Source of the DNA: an uncultured Pseudomonadales bacterium
GTDB taxonomy: Bacteria; Pseudomonadota; Gammaproteobacteria; Pseudomonadales; Azotimanducaceae
DNA length: 26,638 nt
Assembly (NCBI GenBank): GCA_964628545.1
Contig: CAZVMA010000002.1
Location: 729-27,366, forward strand
Direction: 5' to 3'
Position 1 is the stretch's first letter. Every line of letters starts with the position of its first letter. Below, piece after piece: positions 1 through 8,487 of this stretch. The position numbers were made by a program, and so were the translations under genes. The notes under the pieces are model-generated. The model made no database searches, had not been told where the DNA came from, and worked only from the letters and a program-made list of their open reading frames with translations.

Positions 1-1074
1 ATCTACGGCCGGGGCACCGTGGACGACAAGGACAACGTAGTCGCTGCTCTGATGACCATGCTGTGGCTGAAACGCGAACAGGTGGCGCTCGACCGCGACG
101 TGATTTTTCTCGCCGAATCCGGCGAGGAAGGCACTACGCGCGTCGGCATCCAGTACGTGGTCGAGCAGCATTTTAATCAGGTCGACGCCGAGTACTGTCT
201 GGCCGAGGGTGGCGGCGTAACGCGCCAGAACGGCAAGGTCACCTTCGCATCCGTGCAGACAATGGAAAAGAGTCCCCGGGCCATCGAACTGATCGCCCGC
301 GGGCCCGCGGGACACGGTTCGGTACCGCTTGAGCAGAACGCGGTGGTGCACTTGTCAGCGGCAATTGCCAGGGTGGCCGAATGGCGCATTCCGATACGCC
401 TGAACGAGACCACCCGTTCCTATTTCGAGCGACTCGCAGCGATCTCGCCACCAGAGGCCGCCGCTCGCTACCGCGATATCCTGCACCCGGACCCTGCGGT
501 TCAATCGCGCGCCGACGAGTATTTCCGCAAGCATGAGCCCCGCCACGCCTCATCCGTGCGCTCGTCGATCACCCCCACAATCGTGAACGGCGGGTACCGG
601 GTGAACGTCATTCCTTCGGAAGCCACCGCTACGCTCGATACGCGGCTTGCACCCGGCGAAGACCCCGAAGCATTCCTGGAACAGGTGCGCGCCATCATCA
701 ACGACCCCGCAATCGAGGTGCGTTGGGCGCCTCGTGACGTTCGTCCACGCGGCGTGTCCAGCATCGAAACCGAGGCCTTCGCCGCTCTCGAAGCGACCCT
801 GCGCGCGCACTACGAAGCGCCGACGCTGCCCACCATGAGCACCGGCGCCACCGACATGGCGTATCTGCGCGCGCGCGGCATCCAGTGTTACGGCATCGGG
901 CCGGCTATCGACGTGGAGGACGGCGTCAAGGGCTTTGGCGCCCACAGCGACCAGGAGCGCATTCTGGAGCAGGAGCTGTATCGCTTCGTGCGCTTTCACT
1001 ACGATGCCGTGCTGGCCATTGCCGGCACCGGCCAGACCGACGGCGACGCGGCGCGACGGTCGGCGGCGCCGTAA
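1..1074 (+). CDS. M20/M25/M40 family metallopeptidase/amidohydrolase, 5'-truncated by the window edge
   Basis: Frame is open from base 1 (IYGRGTVDDK metal-binding motif); catalytic GEE in FLAESGEEG; LAEGG; GHGS; GYRVNVIP; GATDM; C-terminal GAHSDQERI. Confidence 0.93.
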   Translation: MYGRGTVDDKDNVVAALMTMLWLKREQVALDRDVIFLAESGEEGTTRVGIQYVVEQHFNQVDAEYCLAEGGGVTRQNGKVTFASVQTMEKSPRAIELIARGPAGHGSVPLEQNAVVHLSAAIARVAEWRIPIRLNETTRSYFERLAAISPPEAAARYRDILHPDPAVQSRADEYFRKHEPRHASSVRSSITPTIVNGGYRVNVIPSEATATLDTRLAPGEDPEAFLEQVRAIINDPAIEVRWAPRDVRPRGVSSIETEAFAALEATLRAHYEAPTLPTMSTGATDMAYLRARGIQCYGIGPAIDVEDGVKGFGAHSDQERILEQELYRFVRFHYDAVLAIAGTGQTDGDAARRSAAP

Positions 1075-1082
1075 CTGCTCAA

Positions 1083-1098
1083 GGCGCCGCAAGGCGCC
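1083..1098. terminator. Small GNRA-loop hairpin between convergent genes
   Basis: GGCGCC-GCAA-GGCGCC in the 26-bp gap between the peptidase and GST stop codons; no U-tract. Confidence 0.35.
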
Positions 1099-1100
1099 GG

Positions 1101-1721
1101 TTAGACGGCCTCGGCCTGCAGGGTCGCCTGCACGGCCGGCCGTGCCAGCATGCGGGCATGATGTTCGGCGACGCGTGGGTAGCGTGCCAAATCCAAACGG
1201 TGCAGCGGCAGCCACTGCGTGAGCGTGAACAGGTAAACATCCGCAACCGAGTACCCCTGACCCAGCACCCAGGGGCCTTCCAGAAACTCGTTCTCGATCA
1301 GCTGGAAACAGCCGTCGACTACGCTCGGCGCCTTGCGCCGCAGCTCGGCCTGCGCCGCCGGATCGTCGGCCCACCGCTCGGCTCGCCGCAGATGGGCGTG
1401 GGCGACGTGCACGGTAGCGCAGAGATAAATGTTGAACGACTGCATGCGCGCGAACAGGAACGGATCGTCGAGCGGCGCGAGGCGCGCCTCCGGGTGCGTC
1501 TGGGCAACATACGCGAGAATGGCCGGGTTCTCGGTGATGATGCCGCGATCGGTAGCGAGGGCCGGCACCCGGCCTTTGGGATTGATGCGCAGATACTCGG
1601 CGCTACGCTGCTCCGAGACCGAGAAGTCCACGGCGCGCAGCTCGAATCGGGCGTTGGCTTCGCGCAAGGCCAAATGCGACGCTCGGGAGCAGGCGCCCGG
1701 TGTGTAGTACAGAATGAGCAC
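1101..1721 (-). CDS. Glutathione S-transferase (beta-class-like)
   Basis: LYYTPGACS, INPKGRVPAL, ITENPAIL, YSVADVYLF motifs; GTG start at 1721 with GAGAG upstream (alternative GTG at 1736). Confidence 0.93.
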   Translation of the reverse strand: MLILYYTPGACSRASHLALREANARFELRAVDFSVSEQRSAEYLRINPKGRVPALATDRGIITENPAILAYVAQTHPEARLAPLDDPFLFARMQSFNIYLCATVHVAHAHLRRAERWADDPAAQAELRRKAPSVVDGCFQLIENEFLEGPWVLGQGYSVADVYLFTLTQWLPLHRLDLARYPRVAEHHARMLARPAVQATLQAEAV

Positions 1722-1774
1722 GGTACACTCTCGCACGGAGGGCCGACGGCCCGACGCCGCAGGATACCCGCCTC

Positions 1775-2740
1775 ATGACCAACCTCATACACCGCCAGGG
1801 GCACGGACCGGCGCAGCCGATGGCGCCGAGGAAGTTCGTCGATCCGTTCACAACACTGGATGGACAAACCCGGGCGGCGGTCGATCTGGTGCGCCTCGAG
1901 ACGCTGTGGTTCAACACCGGTACGCTCTGCAACCTGACCTGCCAGACCTGCTACATCGAGTCCAGTCCCCGCAATGATCGGCTGACCTGGATCACGCCGG
2001 ACGAGGTGGCCCGCTTCCTGGACGAGGCCGAGGCGCTGGCAGAACCACCACGCATGATTGGCTTCACCGGCGGCGAGCCGTTCATGAACCCGGGCTTTCT
2101 TGACATGCTTGCCGACGCGCTTGAGCGCGGGTTCGACGTGCTGGTGCTGACCAACGCCATGCGCCCGATGATGAAATGCGGGGACGGTTTTGCCGCACTT
2201 CATGCGCGCTATCCCGAGCGGATCACCGTCCGGGTATCGATCGATCACTATCAGCAAGCCGAGCATGAATCTGAACGCGGTCGCCGCGCGTGGGCCCCGC
2301 TGCTGCGCGGCCTTAAGTGGCTGAACCAGCTGGGTGTGCGGCTGCATGTTGCGGGACGGACCCGCTGGCAGGAGTCAGAGCTCGAGCTGCGGCGCGGCTA
2401 CTCCGCGCTGTTCCGGCAGCTTGGGCTCGCCATTGATGCCGACGACCCGTCCGTGCTGGTGCTGTTCCCGGAAATGGACCTGAACGTCGAGGTACCGGAG
2501 ATCACCACAGCCTGCTGGGGCATTCTGGGTGTAGCGCCGGAGAGCGTCATGTGCGCGAAGACGCGCATGGTGGTCAAACGCCAGGGCAATCCGGCACCGG
2601 TTGTGCTGGCCTGCACGCTGATCGCCTACGACGAGCGTTTCGAGCTCGGCCCCACGCTGGCAGAAGCCGCCCGAAGGGTACCGCTCAATCATCCGCACTG
2701 CGCGCGCTTCTGCGTGCTGGGCGGCGGTAGCTGCAGCTGA
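1775..2740 (+). CDS. Radical SAM protein of unknown function, ArsS-related, with Cys-rich C-terminus
   Basis: CNLTCQTC (CxxxCxxC), FTGGEP, VLTNA, RVSIDH; C-terminal HPHCARFCVLGGGSCS; start could instead be ATG 1820; stop overlaps the next ATG (TGATG). Confidence 0.9.
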   Translation: MTNLIHRQGHGPAQPMAPRKFVDPFTTLDGQTRAAVDLVRLETLWFNTGTLCNLTCQTCYIESSPRNDRLTWITPDEVARFLDEAEALAEPPRMIGFTGGEPFMNPGFLDMLADALERGFDVLVLTNAMRPMMKCGDGFAALHARYPERITVRVSIDHYQQAEHESERGRRAWAPLLRGLKWLNQLGVRLHVAGRTRWQESELELRRGYSALFRQLGLAIDADDPSVLVLFPEMDLNVEVPEITTACWGILGVAPESVMCAKTRMVVKRQGNPAPVVLACTLIAYDERFELGPTLAEAARRVPLNHPHCARFCVLGGGSCS

Positions 2741-4677
2741 TGCGCGCGACGCTCGCGCCTACCGCGCTGCCACCACGATCAGCACGCCGCCCGCTCATTC
2801 ACTCCGCTTTGATGTTTCTTGGCGGCGCCTGGCTCGGTCTGTCTATCACTGCGATCGCGGCCGACCCGCAGTTGTCCCCCCCGGCCGTGACGCGCGACGC
2901 GCCCGCGTCCCACCCGGCCGGGGCACAAAATGAGCGCCCGAATATTGTTCTGATCCTCGTCGACGACGCGGCGCTGATGGATTTCGGCACCTACGGCGGC
3001 GAGGCCCGCACGCCCAATATCGACGCCATCGCGGCAGCTGGCACCTGGTTCACGCATTACCGAACCTCGCCGCTTTGCTCGCCATCGCGGGCGATGCTGC
3101 TGACGGGGCTGGATGCGCACGCGGCCGGCGTGTCGACGATCCCGGAGGTGATGCCCAGCGAGCACCGCGGACAGCCCGGCTATGGCACCGCCCTTGCGCC
3201 CGGGGTCGCAACCGTGGCCACCCGTTTGGCCGCCGCGGGTTACCGCACCTACATGACCGGCAAGTGGCATCTCGGTCACGGTCCCGGCGAGCTGCCCGCC
3301 GATCACGGCTTCGAGCGCTCGTTCGCCCTTGATGCATCCGGGGCCGATAACTTCCGGCAGCAGTCCTACATGCCCTATTACCGGACGGCAGACTGGTTCG
3401 ACGGACGCGAGCCGACCGAGCTGCCGGACGACTTCTATTCGTCCCGGTTTCTGATCGATCGCATGATCGATTACGTGGGCACCGGCGCCGACGATCGCCC
3501 TTTCTTCGCCTATGTTGCCTTTCAGGCCGTGCACATTCCCTTGCAGGCTCCGCCCCACCTGCGCGACCGCTATCGCGACGTTTATGCGGTGGGTTGGGAT
3601 GTCTTGCGCCAGCAGCGCATTCAGCGCGCGAAGGATCTCGGACTTGTGCCGGCTGATGCCGACACCATGCCGAGGCCGGCGACGCTGCGCGCATGGGACA
3701 CGCTTGACCCCGATGCGCAGGCGTTCGCCGCGCAGAGCATGGCGGTAAACGCGGGCATGCTGGACGCGATGGACGAGCACGTGGGGCGTCTTGTGCAACA
3801 CCTGCGCGCAATCGGCGAGCTGGATCGCACGGTGTTCTTCATCACCTCCGATAACGGCCCGGAGCCGAGCGATCCCACGGCGGCGGCCGGCATGTCGACC
3901 TGGCTGCGCGTGAACGGCTATCGACGCGATCTGGCCACGCTGGGCGAGCGCGACAGCTACGCGTTCATCGGCCCAGAGTGGGCCTGGGCCGCAGCGGCGC
4001 CGAGCCACCTGTTCAAGTTTCAAACCACCGAAGGCGGACTGCGGGCGCCATTGATCGTGGCCGGGCCCGGCGTGCGCCCCTCGGCGCGCGCGGACGCGCC
4101 GGCGTTTGTGTCCGACATCACCCCCACGGTGCTGGAGCTGGCGGGGTTGTCGCCGCCAGAGCCACCTGCATCCTTGCCCCGTCAGTCCGATGCGCAGGGC
4201 CTGGATCTGCGCGGTCGATCGCTGCTGCCGGTCCTGCGGGGTGACAAAGACACGGTACGCGGACCGGGGGATCCCTTCGGTTTCGAGATTTCCGGCAATG
4301 CGGCGCTGTATCTCGGCCCCTGGAAACTGGTGCGCAATCTGCCGCCCTGGGATGACGGCAGCTGGCGGCTTTACCACCTGAGCAGCGATCCGGGCGAGAC
4401 CCGGGATCGCGCACGCAGCGACCCGGATGCCCGCGCGGTGCTGGAGGCTGCATGGCAGCGTTACGCCGAGGCGGCCGCCGTGCTGCCGCTGCCGGCGGAT
4501 TACCAGATGCAGCGGCAGATCGTCTGGAACACATTGCGCCGGCAGTGGGCGCTGTATCCCGGCTTGATGATCGGGGCGGGGCTGGTCGGCTTGGGTCTCG
4601 CGGCTCTTGCGGCGAGGCACGCGCGCCGATGGCGCCAGCGTCGCGCGGCCGGCAACTCGCCGCCCCCGGGCCTGTAA
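2740..4677 (+). CDS. Cys-type (formylglycine-dependent) arylsulfatase, AtsA-like, with signal peptide and C-terminal membrane anchor
   Basis: RPNIVLILVDD, CSPSRAMLLTG signature, YMTGKWHLG, SDNG; hydrophobic N-terminus; C-terminal LMIGAGLVGLGLAALAA followed by Arg-rich tail. Confidence 0.93.
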   Translation: MRATLAPTALPPRSARRPLIHSALMFLGGAWLGLSITAIAADPQLSPPAVTRDAPASHPAGAQNERPNIVLILVDDAALMDFGTYGGEARTPNIDAIAAAGTWFTHYRTSPLCSPSRAMLLTGLDAHAAGVSTIPEVMPSEHRGQPGYGTALAPGVATVATRLAAAGYRTYMTGKWHLGHGPGELPADHGFERSFALDASGADNFRQQSYMPYYRTADWFDGREPTELPDDFYSSRFLIDRMIDYVGTGADDRPFFAYVAFQAVHIPLQAPPHLRDRYRDVYAVGWDVLRQQRIQRAKDLGLVPADADTMPRPATLRAWDTLDPDAQAFAAQSMAVNAGMLDAMDEHVGRLVQHLRAIGELDRTVFFITSDNGPEPSDPTAAAGMSTWLRVNGYRRDLATLGERDSYAFIGPEWAWAAAAPSHLFKFQTTEGGLRAPLIVAGPGVRPSARADAPAFVSDITPTVLELAGLSPPEPPASLPRQSDAQGLDLRGRSLLPVLRGDKDTVRGPGDPFGFEISGNAALYLGPWKLVRNLPPWDDGSWRLYHLSSDPGETRDRARSDPDARAVLEAAWQRYAEAAAVLPLPADYQMQRQIVWNTLRRQWALYPGLMIGAGLVGLGLAALAARHARRWRQRRAAGNSPPPGL

Positions 4678-4702
4678 ACAGGCGCGCCCGGACTCCTCGA
4701 CC

Positions 4703-5680
4703 CTACTTGATGAATAGCGCGTTCGGCGGGCTGCCGGTGCCGCCAGCTATGTTCAGGGGCGCCGACACAAACAAGCCTTCGTATACCCCGTCGGCGGCAC
4801 AGTCAGCGGCCAGCTGGGTGGTCTGGAACATTTCGCCGATCGCCATACCGAACCGGCCGATGATCCAGTGGTGCAGAAAACCCTCGGGGTCAACGAAGTT
4901 GGGCGGCGGCCACATCTCAAGCGCCGGATTGTCTGAGCACAGCGCTGCCGGGTGGTGATCAAAAATCCACTCCGCCATGGCTTCGCTGCAAACGAGGCCG
5001 GGCGTGCGCAGGTTGGCCGTCACCGCCATCTCGGCGCGCTTGCGCGCCGGCTGCTGCTCGTACCAGTCGATCCAGCCCAGATGGATGATCCAAACGTCGC
5101 CCGGCTGCAGGTTGACGCCTTGCGCGCGCACCGTGCCCTCGAGATCGGCCACAGTCACCGGGTCACTGGCGTCACAATCGATCGGACGCCCCTCGGCCGC
5201 GCGCCAGCGCGCGACGTCCAGCATCACGCCACGGCCGGCGATACCCCGTCGAGCCCAGTGATCGATGCCCAGACGGTTGTCGTGCGGGTGCTCGCGCAGC
5301 TCGGCATTTTGTACGCCACCCCAGAAACCGTGCTCGAAGTCGCCCACGTGGGTCAGACCATCCCACTGGCTTGAGGCCTGGGTGAAGAAGTTATCCAGGC
5401 AATCATCGCCGTGGTGGCCGATCGGGATGTCGCGAAAAACCGTGTGGCGGAACTTCCCGCGCCCGAACAGCGGCGGATTGGGTTTTTCCTGCTCCCAATT
5501 CATGGCGAACACCGCGCCGCGCCGCACCAGCTGCGCCGCGGCCACGACCACTTCCGGCGTCTGCAGGTTGAACATGCCGACGTTGTCGTTCGGGCCGAAC
5601 AGCCCCCAGGCTGTCTTCGGCGGGTTGCCGGGTACGGCCGGCAGTTCGCGGTAGCGTGGCAGGCGGGTAGGCGCAGTCAT
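4703..5680 (-). CDS. Cyclase family (kynurenine formamidase-like) metal-dependent hydrolase
   Basis: AWGLFGPNDNVG, TQASSQWDGLTH, GIAGRGVMLD, SDNPALE, GMAIGEMF, GGTGSPPN; ATG 5680 with GGAGA RBS. Confidence 0.88.
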   Translation of the reverse strand: MTAPTRLPRYRELPAVPGNPPKTAWGLFGPNDNVGMFNLQTPEVVVAAAQLVRRGAVFAMNWEQEKPNPPLFGRGKFRHTVFRDIPIGHHGDDCLDNFFTQASSQWDGLTHVGDFEHGFWGGVQNAELREHPHDNRLGIDHWARRGIAGRGVMLDVARWRAAEGRPIDCDASDPVTVADLEGTVRAQGVNLQPGDVWIIHLGWIDWYEQQPARKRAEMAVTANLRTPGLVCSEAMAEWIFDHHPAALCSDNPALEMWPPPNFVDPEGFLHHWIIGRFGMAIGEMFQTTQLAADCAADGVYEGLFVSAPLNIAGGTGSPPNALFIK

Positions 5681-5878
5681 GGGCAATCTCCGGATCGGGT
5701 ATGGTTGGGGTTCGTACCTGCCGAGGGTAGCGCTGCCGGCAACCGAATCCCATCGTTGAAACGGTCGGTTGGCAGACTCGCCGACACAGGCGTAACGCCC
5801 GAGGGCACCAACGATGCATTGCCGCGGACATGCCGATCGACTCGCGCTCGCGCGATGCCGGCCGCCACGGGCGAAGGT

Positions 5879-6244
5879 TTACGCCAGGTCGAACTCGCCC
5901 AGCGCCTGCAGGATGTCTGCCTCAACCACCGGCTTGCGCAACAGGCGATACGGGTGTTGGACGTTGTGCAATCGGCGCATGGTGCCGATATCCGAACTGC
6001 CTGTCACGAAGATGAACGGACGTTCACACGTCTCGCGGATGCGGATGAACAGATCGATGCCGTCCGTCTCGCGATCACCCAGGCCGATGTCGCAAAAGAT
6101 TGCCTGATAGCGATTGAAGTCTGCGATCTTCAGGACTTCACTCGGCGAATCGCAACAATCCACACTGTATCCGGCACGCACCAGGGTCTGCTCCATGAAC
6201 AGCTGGATGATGACCTCATCTTCGATAACCAGTATTTCTTTCAA
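5879..6244 (-). CDS. Stand-alone receiver-domain response regulator
   Basis: ILVIEDE acidic pocket, CDIGL phospho-acceptor Asp, DGIDL, FVTG, conserved KP; 121 aa with no output domain; TTG start. Confidence 0.85.
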   Translation of the reverse strand: MKEILVIEDEVIIQLFMEQTLVRAGYSVDCCDSPSEVLKIADFNRYQAIFCDIGLGDRETDGIDLFIRIRETCERPFIFVTGSSDIGTMRRLHNVQHPYRLLRKPVVEADILQALGEFDLA

Positions 6245-6360
6245 TTTGGCAATGCGAGTAGAACCGATATGAGGCCGGCGTTGGGATTACCGACCGGGGC
6301 GCCCCCAAACGGTGGAACACGCCGGCCTGTCCGCCTCAGCCCGAGGGCATGCCGGCCGCC

Positions 6361-6414
6361 GGGGCTGGGGCTGGGGCTGGGGCTGGGGCTGGGGCTGGGG
6401 CTGGGGCTGGGGCT
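6361..6414 (+). repeat. Perfect hexamer tandem repeat (GGGGCT)9, potential G-quadruplex
   Basis: Nine exact GGGGCT units counted directly. Confidence 0.97.
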
Positions 6415-6829
6415 CATGGTACTCGGTATCGCACTGTTTTTGTCACCATGGTTGGTGCCACCACATTTCAGACCCAACGCTGTGCCATCGCGGCGGATCA
6501 ACAAGAGCAGCTGTTGCACTGCCCGCTCGAATCGAAGGGCCGTTCATCAGCGCAACGCGCTGAAGCGCCGGCAGCACAAGTACGGCAGCCACACCAACCC
6601 GCGCGAACTGCCAGAAGACAGACAGCGCCTCTGCGCGCGGGAACACGATCGGGGTCAAGAACGGTTTCTCCGTAACGAGCCCTCGAACAACGACGGCTTC
6701 AGCGTCGATAACCTGTAAGACATCGACCCATCTTCGTGTGAGCCTTTAGCCGCGCCCGTGAGAATACCTACGTGTTCAAAGAAAGTTAATGGGACCTTCA
6801 GGTGAAGCGCAGTTTCAGCCGCAGCGGGG

Positions 6830-6873
6830 CCACCTGATCCCCACGGGATGCCCACCTGATGCCCACGTGATCC
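6830..6873 (+). repeat. Four tandem 11-bp imperfect direct repeats (CCACSKGATSC)
   Basis: CCACCTGATCC / CCACGGGATGC / CCACCTGATGC / CCACGTGATCC. Confidence 0.85.
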
Positions 6874-6944
6874 AAAGAGTCGGACCGGCCAAACAGCCCG
6901 TGCGGGCGCTTCCTCTCCCGCGCGGTAATCCGATACAGTACGAC

Positions 6945-6960
6945 CATGCAGCCGTGCATG
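6945..6960. promoter_or_regulatory. Candidate operator dyad CATGCA-GCCG-TGCATG upstream of Rieske gene 1
   Basis: 6-bp arms; follows a -10-like TACAGT (6934-6939); related sites at 13675 and 18791. Confidence 0.5.
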
Positions 6961-7021
6961 TGTGCGGCAGTGCTGGCGCCCTATCGCCAGCGCGGGCATT
7001 GCCAGCTTGGAGGAGGGCGTA

Positions 7022-8374
7022 ATGGCAGAGCAGATTCCCGTCATCGACTCGTGGCCGGAACAGGAAACACACGGACACAAGATTCCCGGCTATCGCTACA
7101 CCTCGCGCGAGTTCTTTGCGCGCGAGTGGGAAGGCATGTGGACCAAGGTCTGGCTGCTGCTTGGCCGTGAAGCCGAGTTGCCGAACCCGGGCGACTGGCA
7201 AATGGAGTCCGTTGGCCCGGAAGAGATCCTGATGGTCAGGCAGCGCGACGGCGGCGTCAAAGCCTTCTACAACGTCTGCCAGCATCGCGGCAACCCGCTG
7301 GTGTCGGAGGCAAAGGGCAGCGTCAAGAGCCGGTTTGTCTGCAAGTACCACAGCTGGGCGTTCCTGCCCGATGGCACCCTCAACTTCGCGCCCGATCGGG
7401 AAGACTTTCCCGAAGGCAACCCCTGCGGCAAGGTGAACCTGGTCGAGCTGCGCTGCGAGACCTTCGCCGGATTCATCTGGATCAACATGGATCCCAACTG
7501 CGTCAGCCTGCGCACCTATCTCGGGCCGATCTGGGACGAGTGGGCGCGCCGCGACATTCACACCTGGCGCCGCACCATGGCCAGCAGCATGGAGCTACCG
7601 TGCAACTGGAAGGTCGTGCTCGACAACTTCAACGAGTCATATCACGTACCCACCGTGCACATGGCCGCCACGCCGGATACCGACCGCACCAAGATCCGCG
7701 GCAACATCAACACCTACTTCCGTGAGACCAAGTTCGATCTCTCGAAGGAAGGCCACAACCGCATGGTGATGCAAGGCGGTTACGGGGTAGGCTCGACCGA
7801 CAAGGAAGGCAACATCCAGGAGCCTCTTGCTTCGCAGCTGCGCTACTGGGGCCTGAACCCGGACGATTTCCGCGGCGCGCCGGAGAAAACGCGCGAAGCC
7901 ATCCAGCAGGCCAAGCGGGCACTGGGCCCGGATCGCGGCTTTGCGCACTACGCCAAGGTGCCCGACGAGCAGCTGACGGACGCGTTTCATTACACGCTGT
8001 TCCCGAACTTCGCTGTATCGCTGTGGTCTGACGGCTTCCACTTCCTGCGCGCACGTCCGCACCCCACCGACCCCGAGCAGTGCCTGTTCGATAACTGGTG
8101 GTACGCAAGCCCCGCATCGATCGACGCGGGCTCCAAAGCCAACGAACGCGGCATGGGCAATCACGACGGCGCCGGCGAGGCTCCGCACCGCATGCTCACG
8201 TTTGGACAGGATTCGATCGGCCCCGCCATCGAAGACGACGTCAAGGTGTTCGTCACCCAGCAGCGCGGCTTCCGCTCACGCGGCTTTGTGGGCGTGTACC
8301 TGTCGAAGCAGGAAACCCGTATCCGTCGCTACCACGAGCTGATTGACGAGTACATCGAAGGCCGGCGCCCCTGA
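7022..8374 (+). CDS. Rieske non-heme iron oxygenase alpha subunit (1)
   Basis: CQHRG...CKYH Rieske ligands; NWK...NESYHVPTVH mononuclear Fe motif; YTLFPN; EDD; strong GGAGGAGG RBS before ATG 7022. Confidence 0.95.
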   Translation: MAEQIPVIDSWPEQETHGHKIPGYRYTSREFFAREWEGMWTKVWLLLGREAELPNPGDWQMESVGPEEILMVRQRDGGVKAFYNVCQHRGNPLVSEAKGSVKSRFVCKYHSWAFLPDGTLNFAPDREDFPEGNPCGKVNLVELRCETFAGFIWINMDPNCVSLRTYLGPIWDEWARRDIHTWRRTMASSMELPCNWKVVLDNFNESYHVPTVHMAATPDTDRTKIRGNINTYFRETKFDLSKEGHNRMVMQGGYGVGSTDKEGNIQEPLASQLRYWGLNPDDFRGAPEKTREAIQQAKRALGPDRGFAHYAKVPDEQLTDAFHYTLFPNFAVSLWSDGFHFLRARPHPTDPEQCLFDNWWYASPASIDAGSKANERGMGNHDGAGEAPHRMLTFGQDSIGPAIEDDVKVFVTQQRGFRSRGFVGVYLSKQETRIRRYHELIDEYIEGRRP

Positions 8375-8379
8375 GCGCC

Positions 8380-8404
8380 GCGCGGGCGGCTCTGCCGCCC
8401 GCGC
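8380..8404. terminator. GC-rich hairpin between convergent genes
   Basis: GCGCGGGCGGC-TCT-GCCGCCCGCGC, an 11-bp perfect stem 5 bp after the Rieske stop; weak U-tract. Confidence 0.55.
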
Positions 8405-8487
8405 TCTGTCGACGTCAGGCCGTATCGGAAGCGTAGAAGAAGCGGTCTGGCCCAAGTGCCAGACCGCAGCCAGTCGCGAGCGATTGC

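Noticed and set aside
2738..2812. Selenocysteine read-through of the radical SAM TGA (some ArsS-family C-termini contain Sec)
   Set aside because: The TGA follows a complete GGGSCS motif and overlaps the sulfatase ATG; read-through gives a short non-protein-like tail and I see no convincing SECIS
2779..4620. 613-aa antisense ORF, and similar long shadow ORFs (8578-9732, 21470-22918, 18882-19829)
   Set aside because: They mirror well-supported genes on the opposite strand, as expected in high-GC DNA, and carry no motifs
6497..6700. Cys-rich minus-strand frame (WCGCRTC...QCNSCSC) suggesting a RiPP precursor or metallothionein
   Set aside because: No ATG/GTG/TTG start between the upstream stop and the Cys-rich part
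5411..6718. 435-aa plus-strand ORF through the repeat (GL)n
   Set aside because: Antisense to the cyclase and response regulator, no recognisable domain, low complexity
6830..6873. CRISPR or iteron interpretation of the short tandem arrays (also 15217-15275)
   Set aside because: Units are 11-13 bp with no spacers, and there is no cas or rep gene
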